A stretch of DNA of 64,000 nt. Source: Monocercomonoides exilis PA203 (taxonomy: Eukaryota > Protista > Preaxostyla). Location of the stretch: positions 248,001 to 312,000 of the forward strand of contig LSRY02000058.1 in the NCBI GenBank assembly GCA_001643675.2. Reading direction: 5' to 3'. Positions 1 through 15,000 of the stretch are shown piece by piece. How positions within the stretch are numbered: position 1 is the stretch's first letter; every line of letters begins with the position of its first letter. The position numbers were made by a program, and so were the translations under genes. The notes under the pieces were generated by a model. The model was not told where the DNA came from. It was given only the letters and a program-made list of their open reading frames with translations, and searched no databases.

Positions 1-2
1 GC

Positions 3-3000
3 AGATGCATCAGAACTGGCTCTGTTACTTCTTCTTCTTCTCCTTCTTCTCCTTCTTCTCCCATTTCTTCTTCTGCTTTGGGTTTGATTCCTGCTTCTTC
101 TTCTTCTACTGCTACTGCTACTCATGTTCCAATAGTTTCTTTGATTTCTCCATCTTCTTCCACCTCTTCCTCCTCTTCTTCTTCCTCTTCATCATCATCA
201 TCTTCTTCTTCTTCTGCTTCTTTTCCTTCTTCCCCCTCACTCACTTCAGTAGCTCCTCTTGTTCTCTCTCCATCCACATCCCCTCCTTCTTCTTTCCTTC
301 TCTCTTCTCCTCATTCATCATCATACACTTCATCTGATAGGAATACGCATGATCATTCATCAAATACAACTTCTTCTATGTCTTCTTCTTCTTCTTCTTC
401 TTCTTCGAATTTTTCATCATCATCGCCTTCTTCATCTTCATCTCCTCCTCCCATTTCTTCTTCTTCATCCTCCTCCTCCTGTTCCTCTTCCTCTTCTTCT
501 TCTAACCCATCTCTTCAATTTCCTCCTCTTAAAACACGTTTGTCTTCTTCTTCTTCTTCTTCTTCTTCTTCTTCTTCTTCTCAACAACAGCAACAACAAT
601 ATATTCATAATCACAATCAGAATTATAATCAAAATTACAATCTAATTCATAATCATCATCTTCATCTGAATCATCCTCATCCTCTCAATCATCATCTGAA
701 TCATCATAATCATCATCATCAACGCCATCTGTCACAACAACTGACACATTCTCATCCACATTTACAGCAAGCTGTTAATACTGGAGATTCTATATCATCA
801 TCATCTTCTTCTTCTCTTCCTTCTTCTTCCCTTTCTCCTCCTCCTCTTTCATCATCATCATCTTCTTCTTCTTCTCCCACATTCATTCAACAGAAGAAGC
901 ATAAGTCAATGCAGTTACAACCACAGAGTACAATAAGCTTAGAAAGCTATGCCTCAAGAAGAACATTGAGTCTGGGCTGCAATGAAGGAGAAGATGTTGA
1001 TGATGTTGTTCATAATCTAAGCGAAATGACGCATTTGAAGGAAGAAGGTGAAGGAGAAAGAGGAGAAGGTGGACAGGGTGATGGCAAAGAAGAAGAAATT
1101 CAAGAAATAGCATACAAGTCCACTTCTTCCAACTTCCAAAATACCCAATCTTCTCAATTCTCATCTAATCTTCCTTCAAATCTTCCTTCAAATCTTCCCT
1201 CAAATCTCTCTTCAAAGAAAAAACAGCTGTTTGCGCAGAGATCTCATTCAGTTGTGCATCGCCCTCGTATTCTGCCTCTCTTCCAGCTGAAGACACAAAG
1301 CGGAGATTCCGTCACGTCAGTCACGATGGTGCCTCATCAGCAGGGGAAGACAGGAAAGATGGGAAAGAAGGAGAAGAAGGAGAAGAAGGAGAAGAAGGAG
1401 AAGAACGAAAGGAGAGGTGGATATCAATGTTCTCCACAGCAATATCAACAATATCAGCAACAGCCCAATCAAGCATACAACCAATTAACATCTCCTTCTC
1501 CTTCTTCTTTCTCCTCTTCTTTCTCTTCCTCCTCCTCTTCTTCTTCTCCTTCCTCTTCTCATCACATGATCATCCAACGTTCTGCTCCTTCTCTTGTTCC
1601 TCTCGAAATAAACCAAAAACAACACGAAATGAATTCTCAATCATATCTTCAATCATATCTTCAATCGTCTCCTCATCAGAAGATGTATTCAGAATCAAAG
1701 CTGTCTATTGATTTTAGACAACCTCCTACTCCAAGTGAAGGGAAAGAGGGGAAAGAGGGAAGAGAAGGAAGAGAAGGGGAAAGACCTGTGCCACCGCCTC
1801 CACGTGAACAGGAAGAAGAAGAAGAAGAAGAAGAAAGAGATGGAAATGGATTAGAGGAATCCAAGCAGAATAAAATAGCTAATAAGGCTACAACGAATGA
1901 AACAACAAAAGAAATGAATAAAGCAAATGAAATATCAAACGCTAATCAACCGTCATCATCATCATCATCTGTTTCCTCACAACAACAGAATGAAGAAGAA
2001 GAAGAAGAAGAAGAAGAAGAAGAAGAGAATGAAGACATTCATCTGAATCAAAGAGACAATAAATCTCTTGTTTCAGGCACATCCTCACCCAGACAAGGCA
2101 GAAGACACACTTTTTCGTGTTCTGAACTCGACTCCGCGTTCCATCGCTCAATGAAGAATGAGAGAAGACCGAATGAAGAGAATATTAATAATAATAATAA
2201 TAATAACAAGAAAAGAAAAGATGATGATGATGATTATGGTGACGATGACGTTATTGATGATAAAGTGGAAGATACTTTTACTCGTTCGCATTCTTTGACA
2301 ACTTCTTCTTCTTCCTCCTCCTCCTCGTCATCATCATCATCTTCTTCTTCTTCTTCAGACACGCCTTTATCCAACCACCCTTCCTCTCATCCATCTTCCC
2401 TTGCTCCTTCTCCTCTCTCTCCAGATATCTCTCCTTCTGTCTCTTCTTCCATTTCTTCTTCTTCCATTTCTTCTTCTTCTCTATCATCTTCCTCTGTTAC
2501 TGCCTCTTCCTCTTCCTCTCCGATATCCAGTGATCAGATCTCCCTCATCATCCCCACCCCTTCTCCTCCTTCTTACTCTTTTTCTCAATCTACCCAATTC
2601 AATCAACTTAATCAAATTAATCCTCTTAATTCTCATTCTAATTCATCATCCTCCTCTTCCTCTTCTTCTTCTTCTTCTTTCTCCTCTTCTTCTTCCCCTT
2701 CTTCCCCTTATCCTTCTCCTCTCTCTCCCAACAGAACACAATCACTCGCCATCACCCCCATTGCCTCTCATCGATTCCTCACTCACACTCGCTTTTCTCG
2801 CCGCCGCTCTGAAATTCCGCATCTGGTGGAGAATTCAGAAAACCAAAATTTGAATTCTGGCTCAAGGAATGAAGGTGTGCGGGATAATGATGAAGCATTT
2901 GTGACATATGGTGATGGAGGGAAAGGAAACAGAGGAGGTAATGATACAATAAATTCTTCTTCTTCTTCTTCTAATTTTGTTATAACTCCATCACAACATC

Positions 3001-6000
3001 CATCTTCCATTCATATAAACACATCGCTTTCCTCCTTCACCCCCACAACTTATTCAACTGCCCCTCCAATTCACATGGATTACCCTTCTTCTGATAGATC
3101 AGCTGATTACAACTGGAACAGAAGAGTTAACTCGAACTCAAATGCAAATGTTTCCTTCTCCCGCATTGAAAAACCTTCTTTCTCTGTGTCTCCTTCACTC
3201 CACCCACAGCTCAGCTATCCTGGTGCTTCTTCTCTTTCTTCTTCTTCCTTTTCTATTTCTCCTTCTTCCACTCATCTTTCTCCTTCTTCTGTATTCTCCT
3301 CCTCTTCTTCTTCTCATCTTTCTCCCTCTTCCCTCCATCCTCCTCACCTCCCCTTCCATTCAACACTCATATCCAATGACCAGAATTTCCCTTCCCTCTC
3401 CCCTGAATTCTATTTGTCTGTCTGCCCCAATCATGGCGTGGTTGCTGTGATTGCTGTTGATATGGCTAACTTCTCTTTGGCTTCGTCTACTCATTCGTAT
3501 CCTCATCATCTGCTTCCAACTACTCTTAGAGAAATATTCCCTTCTTTGTCGTGCTTGTTCCACAAAGGGGCTGGTAATTCTTCTTCTTCTTCTTCTTCTT
3601 CTCCATCATCATCATCATCTTCTTCTTCTTCTTCTTCTTCCAATAATATATCTTCCTTATTGAATATAACCAATCAATCTTTTCAATCGAATTCATCAGA
3701 TTCTTCTCATCCTTCCATCTCTGCTTTGTTTCCAAATGCAACAAAGGGAAATGAAAGACCTTCTATTTCTGATCTGTTTCCTCATCTTGAACTGACACAG
3801 AAGAAAAACAAAGAGGAGAAGGAGAGAGAAAACAAGAAAGAAGACGAAAATGAATGGTATAACAATATGAAATTGGAAAAAGGCAATGCTGAAGATGATA
3901 GTTCAAGACAAAAACCCAAAATGAAGAAAGAAAAAGAAAAAGGAGAAGAAGAAAAACAACTTATTTACCAATCTGAAGCATCAACTGCTTCAGCACCACA
4001 ACTATCAGATTCACCTCCTCTTCCCTTGAATGAGCAATACAAACACAGATCTTCCAATGGATCAGATGAAATGCCTGTGATAGAGAAACCTATTGCTGAA
4101 TATAACAGCCATTTGCAGGAGCGTTTTGAAGGGAAAAATGAGAATGAGAATGGGAAAGGAAATGCTATTAAAAATGAAGGAAGAGAAGAAAGAGAAATGA
4201 AAAATGAGGAAAATAAATATACAAAATCAAATAATGTTCCATTTGACTCACAAAATATCCAGTCAAATGAATCAGAACGACAAGATAAAATGAACTCTTC
4301 AACAACTTTCCCATCCCAATCTGCAAATGCAATTAATGATGCTTTTGCTAAGCCAAAGGCTGTTATCATGCCATTCTCTTCCTCCTCCCCTTCTTCTTCT
4401 TCTTCCATTACTCCTCCCATCACTCCCACAAAATCCCCAACACCTGCCTCATTTCTGGATGTATGCACAGATGATGAAAGACTCACAGTTGTATCACACG
4501 GCTCTGTCACTTCTTCTTATGCATCTGTTTATTCATCATCTTCTTCCTCTTCCTCTTCCTCTTCCACCTCTTCATCTACTGCATCATCTTCTTCTTCTTC
4601 TTCTTCAGCTTCTTCCTCTTCTTCCTCTGTCAGTGCGGCCTCTCTCATGTCTGAGCACGAAAAGCCTCTTCTTGTTGGACCTTCTCATCACACTCCTATT
4701 ACTAACCGCAACATTGGCAATACTTTCACTTCTTCTTCTTCTTCTTCTTCCACTCCTTCTTCTCATTCTCCTTCTCATTCTCCTTCTCCTTCTCCTTCTC
4801 ACTCTCATTCCCCATCCATTTCTATTCCCTCAAACAACTCTCCAATCAACTCCTTGTGGAAGCCTCTTGTTCTGAGTGAAGAAGCATCGTTTGCCTCGCA
4901 GTCGATTGCCAGTGGGAAGACAGTAACATTCTTGTCAGATGTGTCCTATCAGTCAAGCAGCAATGAAAGTTATGCAAATTGCAATGGAAGCGATAATAAT
5001 AATAATAATAGTAATAGTAATAACAGAAGCAACAAATCTTATCCAAATGATCCTTCTCCAGTGCATATTCATCAACATTCGATTACTTCTCCTCCATCTT
5101 CTCCATCTTCTCCTGCCCCTCCTTCATCGCCTTCTCCACTTGAAGTTACGAAGCATTCACAGCCATTGCAACAACCACACATTCAGTTTGTTCCCTCTCG
5201 TATGAGCAGTCTATTAGATGAAAATGAAGCAGATACTGATGATAGATTGAATTCAATGGGTGTCACTAACAGTAGAGAAGTCAATGATAGTAGTAATCGT
5301 AATAGAAGTAATAACAACAGTAATATCAATGACAGCCCTGTTAGCATTCACATTCTTCCAGAGTGCACAGAACATGATGAGCCTCAGTTCATCCCGTCTC
5401 CTGTGATGGATGAGAAGAGAATTCAATCGCCTACTCCATCACGCATTCAATCAGCACATCTGGATAATCAGCAGGTGTCGATGGAGCTGGCACCATTTGT
5501 GGGGGATGAGGAAGGGAATGAGGTTAATATTGAAGACTCATATGCACATCAAAGAAAAGGGAGTGAACAAGGGTATAATCGGCAAGGGAATAAGCAACAA
5601 GTTCATTCACCAGAAAGCAATAAAATGCTGCTTCTGTCTGAAAACTCTTCTATTTCTCCAACTTCAGAGAAAGAGTATGTTCCCATTGTAGTTGTGCCAA
5701 CACTCCCTGCTGACAGCCAAACCTCTTTTCCTTCAAAATCTGTATCAACAACACAAACTTCTTTTACACAGGCAAAGAGAAATCAGAAGGAAGAAAACAC
5801 AAACAGAGAATTGAGTAAATCACAGAGCCTGATAAAAACCGATGAAATGGCACATTCATTGAATCAGAATGCAAACAATCAAAATTCCACTTCAAATGGA
5901 GCAGAGATGCAGACAACACACAGAGTGAAGTTTGCAGTGGAAGTGGAGACATATGAGAGGGGAAGGAAAGAAGGGCAGAATGGCACGAGAAGCGGAGGGA

Positions 6001-9000
6001 GTGTGAGTCCATTTGCTTCGTTGCATCGCCATCGACAGCACAGCCAGACAAGACAAAAGCAAACAAATGGCATTGTCAATGCAAATACAAGTACAAATGC
6101 AAATGTGAATGTGAATGAAAATATCTCTTTGCCTTCTTCCGATGCAACTGTTGCATCAACAGAAGTGTTCACTCCATTTTTGCCAGCTGCATCATCAACT
6201 GTCCATATGCAGCAGTTGAATGATGCTTCACTTTCAACAGGGAAGCCATCAAATACAACGCAATTTGGTGAATTGGGATTATCACAGCAATCAATTACAG
6301 AACCACTGACTCGGACGCAACCACAGTTTGCATTCGATTCCTTGCAGTCAACTTCAAATTTATCTCAAAAATTGAGTGACGCAACAATACACACGCCAAC
6401 ACATTCAACATCACCTGTCGTTGGAAATCCTGTCTCCACACCAGATGTTGAGCATCCACAAACGCTCCCTCTTTCATTATGCACAGATTCTCCTGTTGTT
6501 AATGCTCATAGTTCTATTAATCAACCGTCTTCTTCTTCTTCTTCCCCTTCAGTAGCCTCAGCTCCTGTGCACATGATCCATTCACAGCCAAGCAATCAGC
6601 TAACTCTGCCTCTTTCATCATCATCTCTATCGCCTTCCAACTCCACCAACAATTCACCCAATCACTCAGAACACCAAAGCCAGCCACACTCAACCATCCA
6701 ACCTCTGTCTCATTACTCCTCTCCCTTTGTCGCTACTGCCACACCTGCCACAAACACCCCCATTGCCACCACCCCGTCCTCACCCCGCACTGTCCAGTCA
6801 CCTTATTTGCTCAGCACGGCATCCACTCAGAGAGAATTCTTGATCATTGGCCCATCAGCAACACCCAAGCATCGTCTATTGCTCAACAATTCAGAGGAGA
6901 AGATCAACAGCAATAATAATAGAAGCATCAGTGGTGGTAGTGGTATTAATATCAGTAGCCAGTCTTTTGCTCCATTGACTGCAGATTCCAGTGCTTCTTC
7001 TGCTCTTTCGTTGCGTTCTCCGCTTTCGTCGAGGTCTGAGTTGTATTCTCCATCTGCTGACTCTGTTCTCTCTAGCAACTCTCCTCTGCCTCTGATGAAT
7101 GCTTCATCATCTTCATCTTCTTCAACACCTTCTTCAACACCTTCGTCAACTTCTTCTTCTTCCTCTTCTGTCATTTTATCCTCTCCCTCGTCATCATCAT
7201 CATCTTCTTCTTCTTCTTCATTACTCTCTGTTTCTCTCTCAAGCACAACAACAGCATCAACTGAACTGATTGACTCAGAGCAACCAATGCCTCCTCCTCT
7301 GCTCCTTTCACCTGTTGATCAGTTACGCTCTGTTGATTCAAGGCAGTTCTCTTCTTCTGCTTCACTTTCAACACCTTCTTCTCCTTCGAACAAGAAAGAT
7401 GACACAACACACTCAATCTCATCTAATTCAAGTTGCCATTCACCTCCATTGATGATTGGCATGCCAGTTAATGATGGTGAATATCCACACAGAGAAATAA
7501 TTACTTCATCATCTTCTTCTGATTCAACTGAACATCATAACAATGCGAATGGAATAAACAACAGAAATAACAGCAACATTGAGGAAAAACAATGTATTGC
7601 AATTGGCATTGGTAATAACAATAGTAACAACAACGACAACAGCAATATCACTGAAGTTATTGACTCTCATAATTCTCCCTCTCCTCTTTCATCATCTGCT
7701 CCTTCGTCATCTTTGGCCTCACTCGCCAGAAGATCCTCTTCATTTGACAGTTTCTCTTCCTCTCTCCATCAGCAGAACCGAAACAATACTCATTCAACAG
7801 AGTCAATAACTTCCTCTTCCTCTTCCTCATCTTCTTCTCCTCCTTCTCCTCCTTCCTCTCAAAATAGCTCTCCAGCCACCAAGTCGTGGGATGCGGATGT
7901 TTCTCCCCTGCAATCTCCTGTTGGAAGAGAAAAATCTCCTTCTTCAACTGTCACATCCTCTTCTTCTTCTGCAAGTTCAACAAATAATTCATCTTCTTTT
8001 GAATCATCCTCATTACCAACTTCAACATCTTCTTCTGGCTCTTCTTCTTCTTCCACATCTTCCTCTTCCTCTTCCTCTTCCTCCCCTCCCCCCTTCCGTT
8101 TCCTCCACCCACTCCCCTTCGAATACACGACTTCCCTCCACCCTCTCTTCCCCCTCATCCCAATCATTGAGTTCCCCACCAACATCCAACTGAATGCGCA
8201 CAGACACACTCACCCATGCTGCACCAGCTGCCACTTGAAGCTCCACATCATCAGAGCACCCCCAGGCACTTCTCTGATGGGCATGCTGAAGAAAGCACAG
8301 AAGGCATTGCAGCAGAAGATGGCAGATTCAGGCGAGATGACTGAGGAAATGATGATGCAGATGGGGTTGATGGCAAAGAGTGGAAGAGAAGGAGAAGGAG
8401 AAGGGAAGTTTTGGAACAATAAGAAGAAGTTGGATGCGGTTGTTGAGCAGAATAGTGGAAGTGAAGGAGGAGAAGGAGAAGAAAGTGGAAGAAGAAGAAG
8501 AGCAGGAGGAGAACAAGAAGAAGAGAGCATTCATAACAGAAGCAATAGCTACAACAATAACAGTAACAACAACAATAGAACATCGATGATGGTGCCAATG
8601 CCACTGACAGAGCAGCATTTGCCTTCATTCAACAAGAATATGAATGGAACAGACACAAAAATGAGTGAAAGTGGAAAAGTTGTTCAACCAGTTGGCTTTC
8701 AACAAGAGGACAAGGGATTTTTCAATGAAAATAGCATCAACAACAGTAGTTGTGGTAATTGTGTGTTTGTTCCACAAGAGATGGAGTTGAGGCCAGCAAG
8801 AAAGAGGAAGATGAGAATGACACAAAACAACAACAACAACAACAATGGTGAGGGAATGGAAAGACATCACAAGAGATCAAAGACTCATTCATCCAAATGG
8901 AAGAAAGAAGGAGAAAATGTTTTGTTATTATCATCATCATCTGTGGCAGAAACAGAAGCAGTGAGTGAAAGAAGTGCTATTTCAACTGTTTCATCACAGC

Positions 9001-12000
9001 CGATGTTGACTTCAACAGCAATCTCTTCTTCTCTTCCTTCTTCTTCTATTTCATCATCATCTTCTTCTTCTTCTTCTTGTTCTTCTGATATTACTACCAG
9101 TGATTCTGAGCACTTGCCAATAAGTGAGTCTCTTTCAGTAGACAAAGCAAATTCTGTCTTCAAAGTCACTTTTACAAATACAAATGCAAACACTTCTTCA
9201 TTAAATGCACAACAAATGAAGCAAATGCAGCAATATCAGCAATATCAACAGATTCAACAACAACAACAAATATCACCTCCTCATCATCATCACCATTCCA
9301 TCAGCCAGATAAGCCCATCCAACCAACAGCACTCAAAAAAGAGCCATCGCCGCTCCGTCTCCAAAATATCCCAAGCCGAAGCACAAATTTCTGTTCCTCT
9401 GCCTTCCTCTCTCTCTGGACGCTATCTTTCACCTGATTCTGTTGTGTCTTCTTCCATCTCCCCTGCTCCTTATGTTCCTATTCAACAGCTTACCTCTTCT
9501 GCCTCTGCTTCTTCTCTCTATGCCTCTTGTCCCTCGTCAAATGCCACTTTCTCTGCTTCCATGTCTCCAAGCTCTGTTCACTTGCCTCACAGCCTGAGAA
9601 TACAGAATGAGCATATGAATGTGGATATGGATGTGGATAAAGATATGAATGCACATAGAAGTGAGAAAGAGAAAGAGAATGAGGGTGAGGTTAAATATGG
9701 CAATGAAAATGAAAATGAAGGAGAAAGAGAACAAGAACAAGAACAAGTACATCAGTCCTACAGCCAACACTTCCACGCTCACAGCCACACACCTTCGTAT
9801 TCTCAATCTCGATCTCAATCTCATTCACACTCAACTGCCTATCCCAATATCTATCCTCATTCACATACTCATTCTCGCAATCATTCCCACTCTCGTTCTC
9901 ATACTCACTCACACACTCATTCTCATTCACATTCACATTCTCACTCACATTCTCATAGTCATCACAGCAGCCAGAGTTCTAATAGAACTTCTCCTTATTC
10001 CCCAATGGCTGATGAATTTATGAGACGCTCTGATATTCCAAGCACAACTCAGCCAATTATCACTTCTATGCCATTTCCTCCTTTCTCTTCTTCTTCTCCT
10101 TCCTCTTCCTCCTCCTGTACTCCTCGTTCATCCCTCATCTCTTCCTCTCCTTTGTCTCTCTCTCTCTTCACTCCAAATAGAATGCCCACACCAAACTTGC
10201 ATATCTCCCCTACAATCAAACCGTTGGGCCATTCTCACACATTCACCCACCCTCACATCCACTCACATACACACCCTCACTCTGCTAAATGCCTCCAGCC
10301 TTCTTCTTATTCTGTTGCGACTGCTTCAAATCCTTCTTCTTTGCCTTCATCTTCCTCTTCCTCTTCTTCTCCCTCTTCTTCTTGCTTTTCTCATTTTATT
10401 CCTTGTTGTCTTGTTCCAACTTCTCCAACACAGATTCCAATTGACTCAACTGCTGACTTCTTTTCTTCAAGAGAAAGTGTTGACACAAAGAAACCTTCCT
10501 CTTCCTCTTCTTCTTCTTCAAATTCTTCGTCAAATTCTTCTTCTTCAATTGAAAATAATGTTTCATCAGCAAAGATTAAGAAGGATAGTGCGAGTGAACC
10601 AGTTCTGAAGCCGATGAAATCTGTCAATTGTTTAGCACAAATAGACGAAAAGAATGAACAATTAGAATTATCCAGTGATAAGCATACGCACGAGAAGATT
10701 GAAGGGAAATCTATTGCTTCAAATACTGTTACTAATGACGTTGCATCTTCAACTACTTCTTCTTCTCCTTCTCCTCAAACAAACTCTATTCCATTGCAAC
10801 AGCCATCATCATTATATCCACAGCATTTTGTTTCATCGTCCTCCTCTTCCTCTTCCTCTCTTTCTGTTTCTGATGAGCATGACATCACATACTCACCCAG
10901 CGCCAGCCATTCAACTCTTTCTCCTCCTTCTTCTCCTCTAACATCATCTTCCTCTTCTTCTGCTTCTTCTGCTTCTTCTATTTCCAATGCAGATGCTGAT
11001 TCTTCGTTGATTACTTCTTCACAGCCCTCAACTCCTTCCCCTTCACCTTCCTCTCCTTCCCTTTCTTCTTCCTCTCCTCCTTCATCTCCTCATAATCTTC
11101 ATCATCATCATCATTCAATGAAAGACACAGTTGATTCTTCTCCTCTTCTCAAAGCAATAGAAGGTACACCCCATTCTGAGTCTGCTGCATCCATCACCTC
11201 AAATGTCACATCTTCTTCCTCTTCTTCTTCTCATTCTCATTCTTCTGTTACTTCTTCTGCTGCTGCTTCTGCTTCCACTTCTTTGTCTTCATCTCAAAGT
11301 CAACAGCCAATAATAATTCTTCCATCACAACCACAACAACAAAACAGTCAACAGCATAATCCCCAACAGATATCCACTCATGATGCAACTTATCATTCGA
11401 ATTCTCTTCCCAATGAGAATGAAGCTCAAACCGAACAAATTGGTACTCTGTTTCCTCCAGCCAGACTTCAGGACTTTATCAAAACAAAAGCAGAATTTGA
11501 TGCTCAATCAAAAGACAATCACGATTTGCAAAAGGAAAGCATTCAAATGAACGATAAAGATGATGGATTATCTGCTGTTCATGATGAAGGGAAACCAACA
11601 GAATTGTTTGATCATCTTATCTCAACTGAACAATGGAAGGTTAACAACATCGCACAAAATATTCAAAATCTGTCTCAAACTAATCATTCTTCCAAAGAAG
11701 GCGACACTCAAGCACAAACACAAGCACAAACTTCTTCATTCACCAATAACAGCACAACTCAATCTCAATCACAGCATCCATCTTCAATTGTGGATGGTAC
11801 CTTTATTCAGATCTCTCAGCCAATCATTCGTTCTGAGTCTTCGCCTGCCATCTCTTCCTCTCAGAACGCTTCCCCTTCACGGCAGCACCAAATTTCTGCT
11901 GCTACTGCTTCTGCTGCTTCTTCAACTTTGCCAGCACATCCAAGTGAAGGGCAGGGTAATAACAATAACGGACAACTTGCTTCACCTATTACAGTGTCAA

Positions 12001-15000
12001 ATACGTCATCTTCTTTAACATCATCTTCTTCTTCCTCTTCTTCCTCCTCCTCTTTCTCTCTCTCCTCCTCAACATCTGCGCTTCCTGAAGATATTGTGAA
12101 GCTTGCCTCTTCCATCTCCCGTTCATCCTCAGCAGGTGCGCTGGTCTCTCAGAATCACTCGCCAAACTCTGCTTCAAATGCCAATGATTTCATCTTCAGA
12201 CAGGACTCAGACACAAACATGCCTCAAATGAAGGAGAAGGGCAAGGATGGAAATGGAATCATGGAAGAAGGGGAAGATAAAGGAAAGACACATGCTGTTC
12301 ATGTTGTTGATAATGTGAAGGAACAATATGATAATTCATCATCTTCAACTTCTTCGCTTATTGTAACAACGGTAACATCTTCTTCTTCCTCTTCTTCATC
12401 TTCTCTTCAGCCCCGTTCTGAGAGCTACCAAGATGTCCTGCGTGCCCCACAGCCACCAGAACTGTATGTCCTTCCTTCTTCTTCCAACTACCCCTCTCTC
12501 GAACACTCTGACGAAGACGAATCGCTTCCTTCTGCTGACACATTCAGTTCCGCTCCTGTTGCTTTTATCTCTCGTTCTTTGCCTGTTGAGCCCATCCCTC
12601 TCTCTCCTGTACAGGCAGTGTCACACAACACCTGCCAGGGCTCACCTTCACAGGCACAGAATGATCCTTTATCTTTCATCCAGCCACAGTCTGTGCAGTC
12701 ATTTGCTCCTTCACCAACGACTACTCCTCCTGTTTCAATGCGTCAGTTGGTTGTTTCTTCTTCTTCCTCCTCCTCCTCATCTCTTTCGCCTTCGTTGCAT
12801 TATCAGCAGAGTATTGTTGATGGTTCCTTACCAACATCATCTTCTTCTAATTCTTCCTCTTCATCTTCCCCTCCTTTACTTAACCCACAAGCATACCCAT
12901 CACAGCCATCTGTTCAATACCACCACTCAACATCTGCCTTTCCCTTGGCCTCTGATGCGAATGAATCAAGAAAAGCTCAAAATTCAATCTTCATTGTGCT
13001 TCCACAAACAGCTGATAACAACACAGTTACAGACAGATCAGTCAAGACGATTTTAACTCCCACTGGACTTGCACCAAGTGCCTCAACCACACCTCTTTCG
13101 CAGTCTCTCTCTCAATCTCAATCACCAATATCATCTGAGTCATCCGCTAAACAGACTAACAGTGTTGTGAGTGTGGTGAGTGTTGCAAGTGTTGCCAGTG
13201 TCACAAGTGTTGTGAGTGAGGCAGCATCAGCCGAGTATCAAAGAGACTCCTCTCAAAACAGTGCAGAACGGCTGGCTTTTCAGCCACTGACAATTCCTGA
13301 GTCACTCCCAATGGATGCACAGAGAGACCAAGTGGAAGCAATTACTGTGCAGAGTGTGAATGTGAGTGGGAATGGGAATGGATGTGGAAGCAGCAATGGA
13401 ACTGGTGGTTTAAATGCAAGTGACTTAGATGAAATAGCTTCATCTCCGTTTTCACCTGTGGTTGCTCCTTCAAATCCTACGCAAACCGTATCAAGTTCAT
13501 CATCCACTTCTTCTTCTTCTGCTTCTTCTTCCTCCTCTTTGCCATCTTCGTCATCAATATCAGTCTCATCAACAACAATAACCACAACAAAGATGATATC
13601 AGTAAGCTCACCTGATGTGGTTATGGTGGTTCCTCAGCATTCTGTGGAATCTGTTCCATTGTCTTTTACCCCTTCGTCATCACCATCACTTTCACCAACT
13701 CCTTCTCCTTCTCTTTCTGTCAGCTCCTCTTCTCCACACCCAATGTCCCCTCCTCCTTCTCTCTTTGCCTCTTCCGCCCTTCCTCATTACGAAGACAAGC
13801 GAGATATTGAAACAACACCAGTGAAAATGAATGAGAGACACAGTATTTTTGATTCAAAGGAATTGTCAGATGAATTGACACTCAAAATCCACGCACCCAC
13901 CACTCGCTTTCCTGGCATGCCCTGCCAATTAGACACACAAATAAGCATTCTCCCTTCCTCTCAGAGCACATCTGATTCCATCCAGTCTTCATCCCCTTCT
14001 TCCCGCAATGCTGTTCTGTATCCTGTGAGAGAGGCATCTGTCCCTGTCACCCCTACAGTCAAATCCACACGCTCTTCCTCTCCTCTTTCCTCAGACTTGG
14101 CCAGCACTCCTGTCTCAAGCGAGCCAAACACTCCTTCCTCATTCAGAGAGGCACCGCTGATTGTGGTGTCGTCGGTAGCTGCTTTGCAATCATATGGCGG
14201 AGATTCATTGAAGAGCAACTCGTTGAAAATGGATTCTTTGAAGAGGAACAGTCTTGCAACGAATGCTGTCTCTCAACAAGGGGTGAAAACTGAAGGAGTT
14301 ATTGAGCATCGAAGGAAAGGATCAAAATCTCATTCGCACAATGAAGGAGAATCTGATGAATGTTCTAATGCTGTGAGGGGAGAAAATGTCGATGGTGAAA
14401 GAGATTCGGATGCAGATGTAGGTGGTGGTGGCGATGACGATGATGATGACAGCATCCATGTTCACTCACATCACAACAGTGATGGCATTCCATTAATGAT
14501 GTATTCAGTCTCCAAGCTCAACCTCATCCCTTCCCAATCAGCTGCGCTGGATGATGAAAAGGATGATGAAAGTGAGGCTGAAAGAGAAAGAGAAAATGGA
14601 GGAGAAAGCAGTTGCAGAAGTGACAAAGAGCAAGCTCGCTCCACTTCTCCATCTCAAATGCACCACTCAACTACGAATCAACAGAGAGCTTCGTCTGTAC
14701 ATGAATACGACGATGCACATAATGACTATAACAACAGTGAAAGAACACTTTCTCCTCCTCCCCAGCAGCAAGAAATGCACTCAGTTGAGTTCAAACCTCA
14801 GTCGATGCAATTGATACCTCCATCACATCCACCTTCTGCTGCATTGCATTCTGCTCATTCTGCTAACAAAATGATTGCAGAGCAGACAATTAGTTCATCT
14901 GGTGGAAGCAATGAATCAAACATAGCCTCTTTTATCACTACTACCACAGAAACAAGAACAAGAACGAGATCTGTTTCTCCTGTTGTGATTGGCTCATCGG

